64,000 nt of DNA from a virus, in the IMG/VR virus record IMGVR_UViG_3300048507_000465, positions 1-64,000 of that record; one strand, given 5' to 3'. Below the pieces are notes generated by a model. It saw only the letters and a list, made by a program, of their open reading frames with translations, did not search any database and had not been told where the DNA came from. A program made the position numbers and the translations under genes. Below are positions 25,606-33,812 of the stretch, piece by piece (the first letter of the stretch is position 1; every line of letters begins with the position of its first letter).

Positions 25606-26235
25606 ATGAAATTCATAAAATCAATTAACGAATTAAACGAAGCACGTCAAGCCCCTGCTAAAAAACTATTTAAGATGGTAGTTAAAGGTAGCACTTCTGA
25701 AATTGAAGGTCAAAAGATCTCTAAGGAAATGGCTCAAGCTGCATTAGACTGGTTTGATAGATCTACTTATGCTAGAAAATACGAAAAGCAGGTTAAGACT
25801 GCTGGTATGGGAGCTGTTGCTCCACTAATCTTTGGTGACTATTGGGGTATTAAGAAAACTATTCCTTCTAAACTTAAAGCAGAATTTAAAGAGCTACAAC
25901 AAGTATATAAAAGAGAAATGGCAGCTGAGTCAATTTTAACTGAGTCAGATGCAACTCCTACAATGTTATTAGCTCAAGAGATTGAAGGTGCTGAATACCA
26001 CATGGCTTTCTCAGACGGTGGTATTGGTGTAGATGCTAGATCGACTAAGAAGACTTGGGAAGATGGAGTACCGGTACTTAAGTATATTGCAAGAGCACCT
26101 AAGAAATCAGTAGAAATACCAAAGGGTAAATTTGAAGTAGTTATCGATGATAAATACGGATGGTACTACTGGGAGAACAAGGGTATCTGGTATGGAATGG
26201 AACAAGATGGAGAAGCACCTCCATTTGAGTATTAA
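25606..26235 (+). CDS. Hypothetical protein, putative virion-internal (MKFIKSINELNE), with internal ESILTE linker
   Basis: ATG at 25606 is preferred over the track's GTG at 25582 because it gives the shared N-terminal motif and avoids overlap. Confidence 0.75.
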   Translation: MKFIKSINELNEARQAPAKKLFKMVVKGSTSEIEGQKISKEMAQAALDWFDRSTYARKYEKQVKTAGMGAVAPLIFGDYWGIKKTIPSKLKAEFKELQQVYKREMAAESILTESDATPTMLLAQEIEGAEYHMAFSDGGIGVDARSTKKTWEDGVPVLKYIARAPKKSVEIPKGKFEVVIDDKYGWYYWENKGIWYGMEQDGEAPPFEY

Positions 26236-26252
26236 AAAAAAGAACCACTATT

Positions 26253-26318
26253 ATGAATTGCGAATGTCAAGTATGTAAGTGTGGAACGTCATGTAATTGC
26301 TCTTGTTGCGATTGCTAA
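26253..26318 (+). CDS. Metallothionein-like 21-aa peptide (9 Cys), not in track
   Basis: MNCECQVCKCGTSCNCSCCDC*; A at -3, -6, -12 and -13 upstream; followed by a terminator. Confidence 0.75.
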   Translation: MNCECQVCKCGTSCNCSCCDC

Positions 26319-26336
26319 GCAGGCACACATTTTAAT

Positions 26337-26363
26337 AAACTTTTTAAAGAGTCTGTGTATAAC
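26337..26363 (+). promoter_or_regulatory. AAAC-N17-TATAA motif
   Basis: aaac-tttttaaagagtctgtg-tataac upstream of dCMP deaminase. Confidence 0.7.
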
Positions 26364-26386
26364 AATAGTAACATAGACTCTTTTTT
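26346..26386 (+). terminator. Intrinsic terminator overlapping the promoter
   Basis: aaagagtctgtgt-ataacaatagta-acatagactcttt plus T-run. Confidence 0.7.
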
Positions 26387-26388
26387 AT

Positions 26389-26895
26389 ATGCCTAGAATA
26401 CCAGTAGACTTAATTTATATGCAGATGGCTTATCAGATAGCCAAGCTATCCTATGCTAAACGTAGACGCGTTGGTTGTATTATCGTGAAAGATACACAAG
26501 TAATATCAACTGGATATAACGGTACGCCACATGGCTTTGAAAATGATTGTGAAGAAGTACAGGTAAGAGAGATAGAGAATGTTAATCATAAAAAAGTCTT
26601 AGAAGAAAAGGGCTATGAATGTGAAGACTCATGTTGTTCTAAAGAGGTAACTAAAAGAGAAGTCTTACATGCAGAATCAAATGCATTAGCGAAAGTAAGC
26701 AAATCAACACTATCTTCAGAAGGCGCAGATATGTATGTTACAACTTGCCCATGTTTTGATTGCGCAAAATTAATTATTCAAGCAGGTATTGCAAGAGTAT
26801 TCTATTCAGAAGACTATAGAGATATGGGAGGAGTAGAACTACTAGAACGTGCAGGTATTGAAGTAAAAGCAGTTATATGTTGGAACGCGGAATAG
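26389..26895 (+). CDS. dCMP deaminase (ComEB-like)
   Basis: VGCIIVKD...STGYNGTP, HAESNAL, PCFDC. Confidence 0.93.
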   Translation: MPRIPVDLIYMQMAYQIAKLSYAKRRRVGCIIVKDTQVISTGYNGTPHGFENDCEEVQVREIENVNHKKVLEEKGYECEDSCCSKEVTKREVLHAESNALAKVSKSTLSSEGADMYVTTCPCFDCAKLIIQAGIARVFYSEDYRDMGGVELLERAGIEVKAVICWNAE

Positions 26896-28610
26896 CCGAA
26901 ATCATAAATGAGGCACTAGTCACAAATGTATTTGGCAAAGACTTTAAATTTAGAGAGGGTCAAAGAGAGGCTATTGAAGCTATTTGTAATCACTATCTCC
27001 AAGATCCAGAAGGGACTATTATCTTAGATGCCCCAACTGGAAGTGGTAAATCACTAATTGCTATGTGGTCCGCACACGTCTTAAAAGAACTTGGTAAAAG
27101 AGGTTATTTAGTAACCTCTGATCTAATGCTACAAGATCAGTATGAAGAAGACTTTAAAAGGCTAAAACTTAATTGGCCCAGTATAAGAGGAGTAGACAAC
27201 TATAATTGTAATGTAAACGATCTGCCATTCTCACTTGCTGATTGTAAGATGAAAGGTATTGGGTATGAAGCTGCTGAGAAACTTCCATGCTGGAATAACT
27301 GTGGGTATCTTCAGGGCAGAAAGCGCGCGAAGGAGCTACCTGTAGCTCTCTTCAACTATTCATATTATCTAATACAAAGGAATTATGTAGAGGATAAGAT
27401 GCAAGAACAAGACAGAGAGATACCATTTCCTATAAGAGACTTTGTATTCTTTGATGAAGCACATAAGGTAGACAGTATAGTACAATCACACTTTAGTCCT
27501 AGAATAGACAGAACAACTACAAAGATATTTAAAGAGGTAAACAAGTTTGTACAGAAGCAGGCCATTAGTGCTGCCTGGGTATCTGAGAACAGAATAGAAG
27601 ATATAGTCGACCGCTTAATGCGGGAAGACGATCACCAAGAGTTGATGAGGCACATCAGCGAGTTCAGAGGTATTGCCGTGGTTTACCGCAAGGTCAGATC
27701 GGCGGCCCTAAAACAAAGTAAGTCAAGGTTTAAAGGGGGAGATGTCCCTAAGGATTGGCAGACTTTTTTTGGACGAATGGATAGACTTAAAGATATATGG
27801 TGTAAGTTTGATGACTATTATGATATAATTAAAGAACTTGGTATGGACGCGATTGTTATTGATCGTAAAGAAACTGAAACTAAATTCTTATGTTTGGAAG
27901 AGGCAATGATGATTGATAAATTCTTACAAAAGAAAAGTGGCTTTAAAGTCTTTATGTCAGCGACTCTAGGGGATATTAGATCATTTGCAAAACATACTAG
28001 TATGGGAGCTGCAAAGGTTATTAGGATGAACAATAATTTTGATTACAAAAAATCCCCCGTGGTTTTCGTCAATAGGCACAAATTGTCTTTTAGAGAACGC
28101 GAACAAAATCTCCCCAAGGTCATAAAGGTTCTTGACAAGATCTTGGAGAAGCACAAAGGACAAAGTGGAATTATTCACGCCGGTTCCTATCAGTTCATGA
28201 ATGAAATAAATGCTCAGTCTAAACATAGTTTTAATTTCATAACCTATGATGTAGCCAAGGAGAGGCAAGGTGCAATTAGAAATTTTAACGAACAAGATGG
28301 TAAAATACTTGTAGGTCCTTCTCTGTTAGAAGGTTTAGACCTGAAAGATGACAAGTCCAGATTTCAGATCTTCTTTAAAGTACCATATCCATCATTGGGA
28401 GATCCACTCGTAAAGGCTAAAATGTCTGCATTCCCAGGATGGTATGATTGGAAAACAGGAATTGCAATACAACAAGGTGCAGGAAGATCGATTAGATCTA
28501 AAGACGATTGGGCAATAACATATATTTTAGACGCATGTTTTAGAAGTTTATCTAATAAAAAAGATTTCTTTCCACCGTCGTTTGAAGAAAGAATAAAAAC
28601 AATTTACTAA
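26877..28610 (+). CDS. DinG/YoaA-family SF2 helicase (Fe-S cluster type)
   Basis: FREGQ (Q motif), APTGSGKS, Cys cluster (NYNC..DC..PC..NC), DEAH, MSATL, EGLD, KVPYP, QGAGRSIRS.DDW. Confidence 0.92.
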   Translation: MLERGIAEIINEALVTNVFGKDFKFREGQREAIEAICNHYLQDPEGTIILDAPTGSGKSLIAMWSAHVLKELGKRGYLVTSDLMLQDQYEEDFKRLKLNWPSIRGVDNYNCNVNDLPFSLADCKMKGIGYEAAEKLPCWNNCGYLQGRKRAKELPVALFNYSYYLIQRNYVEDKMQEQDREIPFPIRDFVFFDEAHKVDSIVQSHFSPRIDRTTTKIFKEVNKFVQKQAISAAWVSENRIEDIVDRLMREDDHQELMRHISEFRGIAVVYRKVRSAALKQSKSRFKGGDVPKDWQTFFGRMDRLKDIWCKFDDYYDIIKELGMDAIVIDRKETETKFLCLEEAMMIDKFLQKKSGFKVFMSATLGDIRSFAKHTSMGAAKVIRMNNNFDYKKSPVVFVNRHKLSFREREQNLPKVIKVLDKILEKHKGQSGIIHAGSYQFMNEINAQSKHSFNFITYDVAKERQGAIRNFNEQDGKILVGPSLLEGLDLKDDKSRFQIFFKVPYPSLGDPLVKAKMSAFPGWYDWKTGIAIQQGAGRSIRSKDDWAITYILDACFRSLSNKKDFFPPSFEERIKTIY

Positions 28611-28623
28611 TTTTAAATATAAT
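28597..28623 (+). promoter_or_regulatory. AAAC-N17-TATAA motif
   Basis: aaac-aatttactaattttaaa-tataat. Confidence 0.65.
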
Positions 28624-28627
28624 AAAT

Positions 28628-28855
28628 ATGGGATTTAATAAATTACATATTCCAGATCTGGATTACTTAAAAGAATCTTTAAAATCAAAAGGTAACGATG
28701 AGTTTGTAGATTTTTGGAAAAGAAGATATATTAAGGCTGACGCTATTATAGGTCCGCCGGATTCACATGATTTTATTAAACAAATTCTAGATCGTGAGTA
28801 TAATTATAGAACAACTGGTCAAACTAGTATTGACTTTGATAAAGTTGATGAATAA
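28628..28855 (+). CDS. Hypothetical protein
   Basis: 75 aa, MGFNK.. start. Confidence 0.7.
   Translation: MGFNKLHIPDLDYLKESLKSKGNDEFVDFWKRRYIKADAIIGPPDSHDFIKQILDREYNYRTTGQTSIDFDKVDE
28778..28804 (+). promoter_or_regulatory. AAAC-N17-TATAA motif
   Basis: aaac-aaattctagatcgtgag-tataat; implies the next gene starts downstream of the track's GTG at 28794. Confidence 0.6.
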
Positions 28856-28865
28856 AAATAAAAAT

Positions 28866-29486
28866 ATGGCAACAACAGAAACTAAACCAAAAATTTATGT
28901 TTGGTACAAAACTGAGAGAGCAGGTGATACTGTAACAGTAAAACAAACTGATGGAGACTTTACAATATTTACAGATGGTACAAGATGTAGAACTTCTTTA
29001 ATTAATGAAATGTTGATAGAGGCTAAAAGTGAAGCCAATGCACTGGATTTAGCACAACCCTTTCTTTCTTTTAATAAAGACAGTGGGCCAGGAGGTCCCA
29101 AAGAAACTAAGGCTATTCAAGAAATTGAAGAGGTAAATCCTTCTAAAGATACTCAACCTACTGCAGAAGTAAATGTAATGTTAGAGATGTTAAAGAAGAT
29201 TAGTGCTAAAAATACTATTACTATGCCACTTGAATTAAATATACCATCTAATGAAGTATATGATTTGTTTAAAGATCAGATGGATATTACAAAAGCAGAT
29301 TTAAATGAGCAGATTTTGGCGCTTATATTAAGCCAGATAAATAATTTACAAGAACAATTAAAGCCTCAAGCTGAGGAATTTATTAAAAACTACTATAATG
29401 GCAAAACAAACAGAAAAAACACTAACAGCAGAAGAAACTCAACAAATAGCGGAGGCGACGCAAGCGCCCCAGACATCACCTACTAG
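28866..29486 (+). CDS. Hypothetical protein
   Basis: MATTETKPKIYVW...; ATG at 28866 has an A-rich leader (28848 also possible). Confidence 0.75.
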   Translation: MATTETKPKIYVWYKTERAGDTVTVKQTDGDFTIFTDGTRCRTSLINEMLIEAKSEANALDLAQPFLSFNKDSGPGGPKETKAIQEIEEVNPSKDTQPTAEVNVMLEMLKKISAKNTITMPLELNIPSNEVYDLFKDQMDITKADLNEQILALILSQINNLQEQLKPQAEEFIKNYYNGKTNRKNTNSRRNSTNSGGDASAPDITY

Positions 29487-29853
29487 TATGAATAGACGTC
29501 AAAGACGTTATATGCTAAAACAACAAGGTGTATTAAAGTATTTAAGTAAGTTAAACTTCTTAGGAGAGGTTAGGTCTAATTTTAGAAATAATAATATAGA
29601 AAATGGTAGAAAATTACATCAACAGAATATTGATGCTAACGAAAAAATAAATCATACTATATTAGAAAATAAATTAGAGTCTTTAAAAGCTTCGTGGATA
29701 GAAATAGGCTATAATAAAAGTGAAATAAATAAATTAGAAGAAGCATGGTCTTTATCTGCTATTAAAGATAAATCTTCTAGAAAAGAAGATAAAAAAACTA
29801 TTAAAAAATTACAGAAAGAAGTGAGAGAATCATTTCAATCTAGAAAAAAGTAA
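29398..29853 (+). CDS. Hypothetical basic protein
   Basis: MNRRQRR motif; helical. Confidence 0.75.
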   Translation: MAKQTEKTLTAEETQQIAEATQAPQTSPTSMNRRQRRYMLKQQGVLKYLSKLNFLGEVRSNFRNNNIENGRKLHQQNIDANEKINHTILENKLESLKASWIEIGYNKSEINKLEEAWSLSAIKDKSSRKEDKKTIKKLQKEVRESFQSRKK

Positions 29854-29858
29854 ACTAT

Positions 29859-30182
29859 ATGATTACTATTAGTATAGAACCTGCGGATAACGGTGTGGTT
29901 AAATATTTAATTGACGATAATGTTAATGGAGGTGGGGAAGAATATACATCAAGGGTTGTTTATGACTTTGATGGCTATTTAGGAAGAGCTCAACAGGTTA
30001 AGTTTTTAAAAGACTTAGTGTTGGATTTAGGCTTAAGTACTGGTAGTGATATTGATCGTGAACAATTGCAGATCAAAACAGACTGGGGTTTAAAATTTAT
30101 CCCAGATGAAAACCAAATAAAAACAAGAATCAATCAACTGCAAAAAGAAATAAAAAGGCTTGATTCTTTAATAAAGAAATGA
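29859..30182 (+). CDS. Hypothetical protein
   Basis: 107-aa ORF in operon. Confidence 0.75.
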   Translation: MITISIEPADNGVVKYLIDDNVNGGGEEYTSRVVYDFDGYLGRAQQVKFLKDLVLDLGLSTGSDIDREQLQIKTDWGLKFIPDENQIKTRINQLQKEIKRLDSLIKK

Positions 30183-30586
30183 AACTACACGTAGAAGGTG
30201 TATGGTGTAAAACTAGAACTGAGTTTGAAAAATTAGCAAAGTCTGGTGAATACGATTTAACAGTCTCTTATTTTGACATATTTAATAGATTGATAAAATC
30301 AGATCCTTATAGTAAGGAGCCATCAGATATTATAGTATCTCTTTATATTAGAAAGTTAATTCAGAAATTAATTAATGATTCTATTGAAAAAGAAAAAGAA
30401 GGAGCTAAAATGCTTTATATGTTTAAAAACCTAGATACTACAGCTGTTCTAGGATTTAAAGGGTTTGTTAATGATTTAACTGAAACCCCATGTGATTTAG
30501 ATCTAGTTATTGTTAATAGATGCGATTATCCTAAAAAAGGAGTATTAAGCAAATTTGACAATGTTAGATTTATAGACAATGATTAA
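30179..30586 (+). CDS. Hypothetical protein
   Basis: ATGA overlap. Confidence 0.75.
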   Translation: MKLHVEGVWCKTRTEFEKLAKSGEYDLTVSYFDIFNRLIKSDPYSKEPSDIIVSLYIRKLIQKLINDSIEKEKEGAKMLYMFKNLDTTAVLGFKGFVNDLTETPCDLDLVIVNRCDYPKKGVLSKFDNVRFIDND

Positions 30587-31172
30587 ACATAAAATATTTT
30601 CAAAAGGTGAATATATCCAGGCTCTTATATCTACAACACAAGCGCCTAATATACTAATACCAGTTAGAGGCTTAATATATGATGTTAAGTTTGATGACGT
30701 TAACCCAAGATACCAAATAAGAATTAAAAAGTTTTATGACCAAATAAGTTTTTTAAAAAGAAATCTATTTGGTGGTAGGTTTATTAGAGACTTTGAGGGT
30801 AAAGAAACTAGAGTTAATCTTAAAAGAAAAGAATATAATACGGTTAAAGATCTTGAGGATAGAGTTTTTAATGGAGATAAGTGGAAGCAATATCTTATTT
30901 GTGTAGACTCTGTATTTTGCGTAAAGACTAAAGCTGAACAAGGTGTATTATTTAATAAAATACAGGATTTTCAGGTAGAAATGGGTATTAAAGATCTTTT
31001 TAATCTAACAAATAGGTCTGTGTATAGTGGTCAATATAATTTTCATACTAAAGGAGAATACTTAAAGTCATTACAAAAATTTTTAGGAGATAGATATATT
31101 AACGACGAATGGGCTGATGACGTGTTATATAGACCTAATCATAATGAGTTAGACCGCGGAGAGTGGATTTAA
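30579..31172 (+). CDS. Hypothetical protein
   Basis: 197-aa ORF in operon. Confidence 0.75.
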   Translation: MIKHKIFSKGEYIQALISTTQAPNILIPVRGLIYDVKFDDVNPRYQIRIKKFYDQISFLKRNLFGGRFIRDFEGKETRVNLKRKEYNTVKDLEDRVFNGDKWKQYLICVDSVFCVKTKAEQGVLFNKIQDFQVEMGIKDLFNLTNRSVYSGQYNFHTKGEYLKSLQKFLGDRYINDEWADDVLYRPNHNELDRGEWI

Positions 31173-31226
31173 CATATTAGTGTATTATATTTCACGGATA
31201 TATATAAAAAATAAAAAAGATACTAC

Positions 31227-32978
31227 ATGCCCTTTTTATTACAAAATGAATATGATGTTACAAATCCGATAACAGGTGTTTCAAATCATGTATATGAATA
31301 CTTAGATGTTGATACCAGAGCTGTCGTTAAAACTACAGAAAAAAAGACTGATGTAGTTGAAGAAGATCCTGCTGAAGCAGAGGAACCAACACCCGCAGGT
31401 ACTACAACCTTTATTGAAGATGGAGAGGGTGCCGGTAGCTCAATATATGGGGATGCCGCCACAGGTTCTAGGACATATAAAATTAAAGATCCTAAAAAAG
31501 AAATAAACGCCGGAGATGGTGTTAAATCTTTATATAATAAATGGTCTTTACACTCATATAAGAATACTGCCAAAGGAACTCAAAGAGGTAAGAATGATTA
31601 TCAAAACTATAACAAAACTGTTATGGATGGTAATGACGATAATATATTAAATCCTACTGCTAGAAGAATTGTACAATATGCTTCGGATAATGGTGGTTTA
31701 GGATATAATTATAGCTTTAGTGATTTTATACAAACAGAACACTACGGCCAAATTTCAAACGAATACTTAATTACATTAAGAAGATTTGCATATCCTATAC
31801 AGGATGATATTATGAATGTACAGGGGCTGGATAGTAAAGGCAATCCTATAGATTTAGGTCAGCCCGATTTAGCTAGGTGTGTAACCTGGATGTCGCCTGC
31901 ATTAGGTAATGATATGAAAGAAATCTTAAAGTTTGGTACTGAATTTCCATGGAAAGAAGTAGAGTCGGAAATTCAAAAAGTAGCTGGTAATGCTAAAAAA
32001 AGAGGTAAGCTAGGAGAAATGATGGATGGGTCCTCATTAGGTAGAGCAGTTGAAGCAGGTCTTAATGGGTATAGTGCAGCTCAAGCTGAAACTATTAGAG
32101 ATAAAGGTGCTGGTTTTGACCCAATGGGAGAAACTTACCCAAATAAAGTATTTGGTCCTTTAAATGTTATTAAGAAAGTTTTATCAAGAGAGCAAGGCTT
32201 AAACTTTAATAGTGAATTTAACTTAACGTTTCACTATGATTTAAGAGGTTTCTTTAATACATCACCAAAGGTCGCATTCATGGATACACTGTCGAACGTT
32301 TTAGCATTGACATATAATAATGCTCCTTTCTGGGGAGGTGCTGTTAGATATACTGGAAGTGGCTCTGTAGGTAAACCTTTTGGCGATTTTGACAAATTAA
32401 AAAACGGAGATTATGCAGGGTTTATGGGTAGTTTAGCTACTCAATTAAAATCTTCAATGGGAGCTGCATTTGATGATGTAGGTAAAGCTGCTAAAGGACT
32501 TATGAATGGTAAGGGTATTAATGCATTAGGTGACTCTAAAATTATGGATAATATTATTGGAGGTGGACTAATGAAATTAATGAATGGTCCACAAGGTGGT
32601 GCTGTAATTAATGCATTCTTAACTGGAGATCCAACAGGGCAATGGCATATGACTGTAGGTAATCCTATGAATCCTATTATGGTTTGTGGAAATTTAGCTT
32701 TACAATCTTCTAGTGTAGAATTTGAAGGACCTTTAGGTTATGAAGGATTCCCAAGTAAAATGAAAGTTACGGTTGCTTTAAAACCTGCAAGACCTAGGGA
32801 TAAAGGTGAAATTGAAAGTATGTTTAATGCTGGTAGGGGTAGAGTTTATTTACAACCAGAAGTTGAAGGTTCAGTAGATCTAGACAAAATTATGGATGTA
32901 TCTGCTTATGGAAATGCAGATAGAGGTAAACTAACTAAAGGTTTTGCAACAAAATTATCAGACTTTAACGCAGGCTAA
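31227..32978 (+). CDS. Putative baseplate/tail-tube initiator protein (gp48/gp54-like position)
   Basis: First gene of the structural block (GATATATA at 31197); WHMTVGNPMNPI..GNL...FEGPLG..FPSKMKVTVAL C-terminus; precedes the LysM wedge gene. Confidence 0.55.
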   Translation: MPFLLQNEYDVTNPITGVSNHVYEYLDVDTRAVVKTTEKKTDVVEEDPAEAEEPTPAGTTTFIEDGEGAGSSIYGDAATGSRTYKIKDPKKEINAGDGVKSLYNKWSLHSYKNTAKGTQRGKNDYQNYNKTVMDGNDDNILNPTARRIVQYASDNGGLGYNYSFSDFIQTEHYGQISNEYLITLRRFAYPIQDDIMNVQGLDSKGNPIDLGQPDLARCVTWMSPALGNDMKEILKFGTEFPWKEVESEIQKVAGNAKKRGKLGEMMDGSSLGRAVEAGLNGYSAAQAETIRDKGAGFDPMGETYPNKVFGPLNVIKKVLSREQGLNFNSEFNLTFHYDLRGFFNTSPKVAFMDTLSNVLALTYNNAPFWGGAVRYTGSGSVGKPFGDFDKLKNGDYAGFMGSLATQLKSSMGAAFDDVGKAAKGLMNGKGINALGDSKIMDNIIGGGLMKLMNGPQGGAVINAFLTGDPTGQWHMTVGNPMNPIMVCGNLALQSSSVEFEGPLGYEGFPSKMKVTVALKPARPRDKGEIESMFNAGRGRVYLQPEVEGSVDLDKIMDVSAYGNADRGKLTKGFATKLSDFNAG

Positions 32979-33802
32979 TGGATTTAAGAACTATCATAAA
33001 TAAAACTATAAGCGGTGTCAAGTATATTATGACACAGCCTACTATGATGTTTAGAAATAAACAAAATGTAGAAATAATAGCTACTCATATTGTAAAGGAA
33101 GACGACTTAGGAAGACCTGATTTAATTGCCCTTGAACATTACAATGATGATAGTAAAACCGATGTTATTTTAAAATGGAACGGTATATCGGATCCGTTTT
33201 CTTTACAAGTAGGAGATGTTTTAGAAATACCTAATGACCAAGTACCTTTCTATAAATTAGAAAGACCTATGAGGTTTGAAGATAATATTGTTAAAAACGA
33301 ATTTATACAAAGTAAACGTCTAACTAAAAAAGATCAAGCAAGGTTAGAGGCTCTTAAAAAGAAATATAATAAAGAAACCTTATTGCCACCTAATGTGATT
33401 CCTTTAGGAAAGAAGAATTATAGATTTGACGGTGATGGGACTGTTGTTTTAGGAGCACAAGCTCAAAATGATGCTGTAGTAGATTCTATAGTTAGCGACT
33501 TGTCTAATAAACAAAACAATATTTCTTCTGGTGTTGGCGCTGGTTCTGGTGTTGGTGCTGGTTCTGGTGTTGGTGCTAGTGGCGGAATTAGTAGCGGTGC
33601 TGGTAAGGGTCTTACAGAAACTCAACTAGATAACGCGCTGGGTTCTGGTAATGGAGGTGGTTCTGGAGCTGGTGCAGGATCTGGTTCAGGTGTTGGCGGA
33701 GGTACTGCTGATTCTACTGGAGGTGCTGCTGGAGATGGAAGTGCACCACAATCTACTGGTAATGGTAATAATATTGCTAACGACGGAGCTCCGTGTAATT
33801 AA
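32978..33802 (+). CDS. LysM/gp53-like baseplate wedge protein with Gly/Ser/Ala-rich tail
   Basis: HIVKEDDLGRPDLIALEHYND....VILKWNGISDPFSLQVGDVLEIP. Confidence 0.8.
   Translation: MDLRTIINKTISGVKYIMTQPTMMFRNKQNVEIIATHIVKEDDLGRPDLIALEHYNDDSKTDVILKWNGISDPFSLQVGDVLEIPNDQVPFYKLERPMRFEDNIVKNEFIQSKRLTKKDQARLEALKKKYNKETLLPPNVIPLGKKNYRFDGDGTVVLGAQAQNDAVVDSIVSDLSNKQNNISSGVGAGSGVGAGSGVGASGGISSGAGKGLTETQLDNALGSGNGGGSGAGAGSGSGVGGGTADSTGGAAGDGSAPQSTGNGNNIANDGAPCN
33527..33580 (+). repeat. 18-bp coding tandem repeat x3 (SGVGAG)
   Basis: tctggtgttggYgctRgt x3. Confidence 0.85.
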
Positions 33803-33812
33803 TAATTAAGAA

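Noticed and set aside
28794-28865. Track start GTG at 28794 (and GTG at 25582)
   Set aside because: 28794 overlaps the predicted -10 box and the upstream gene. Downstream ATGs (28866, 25606) have better context.
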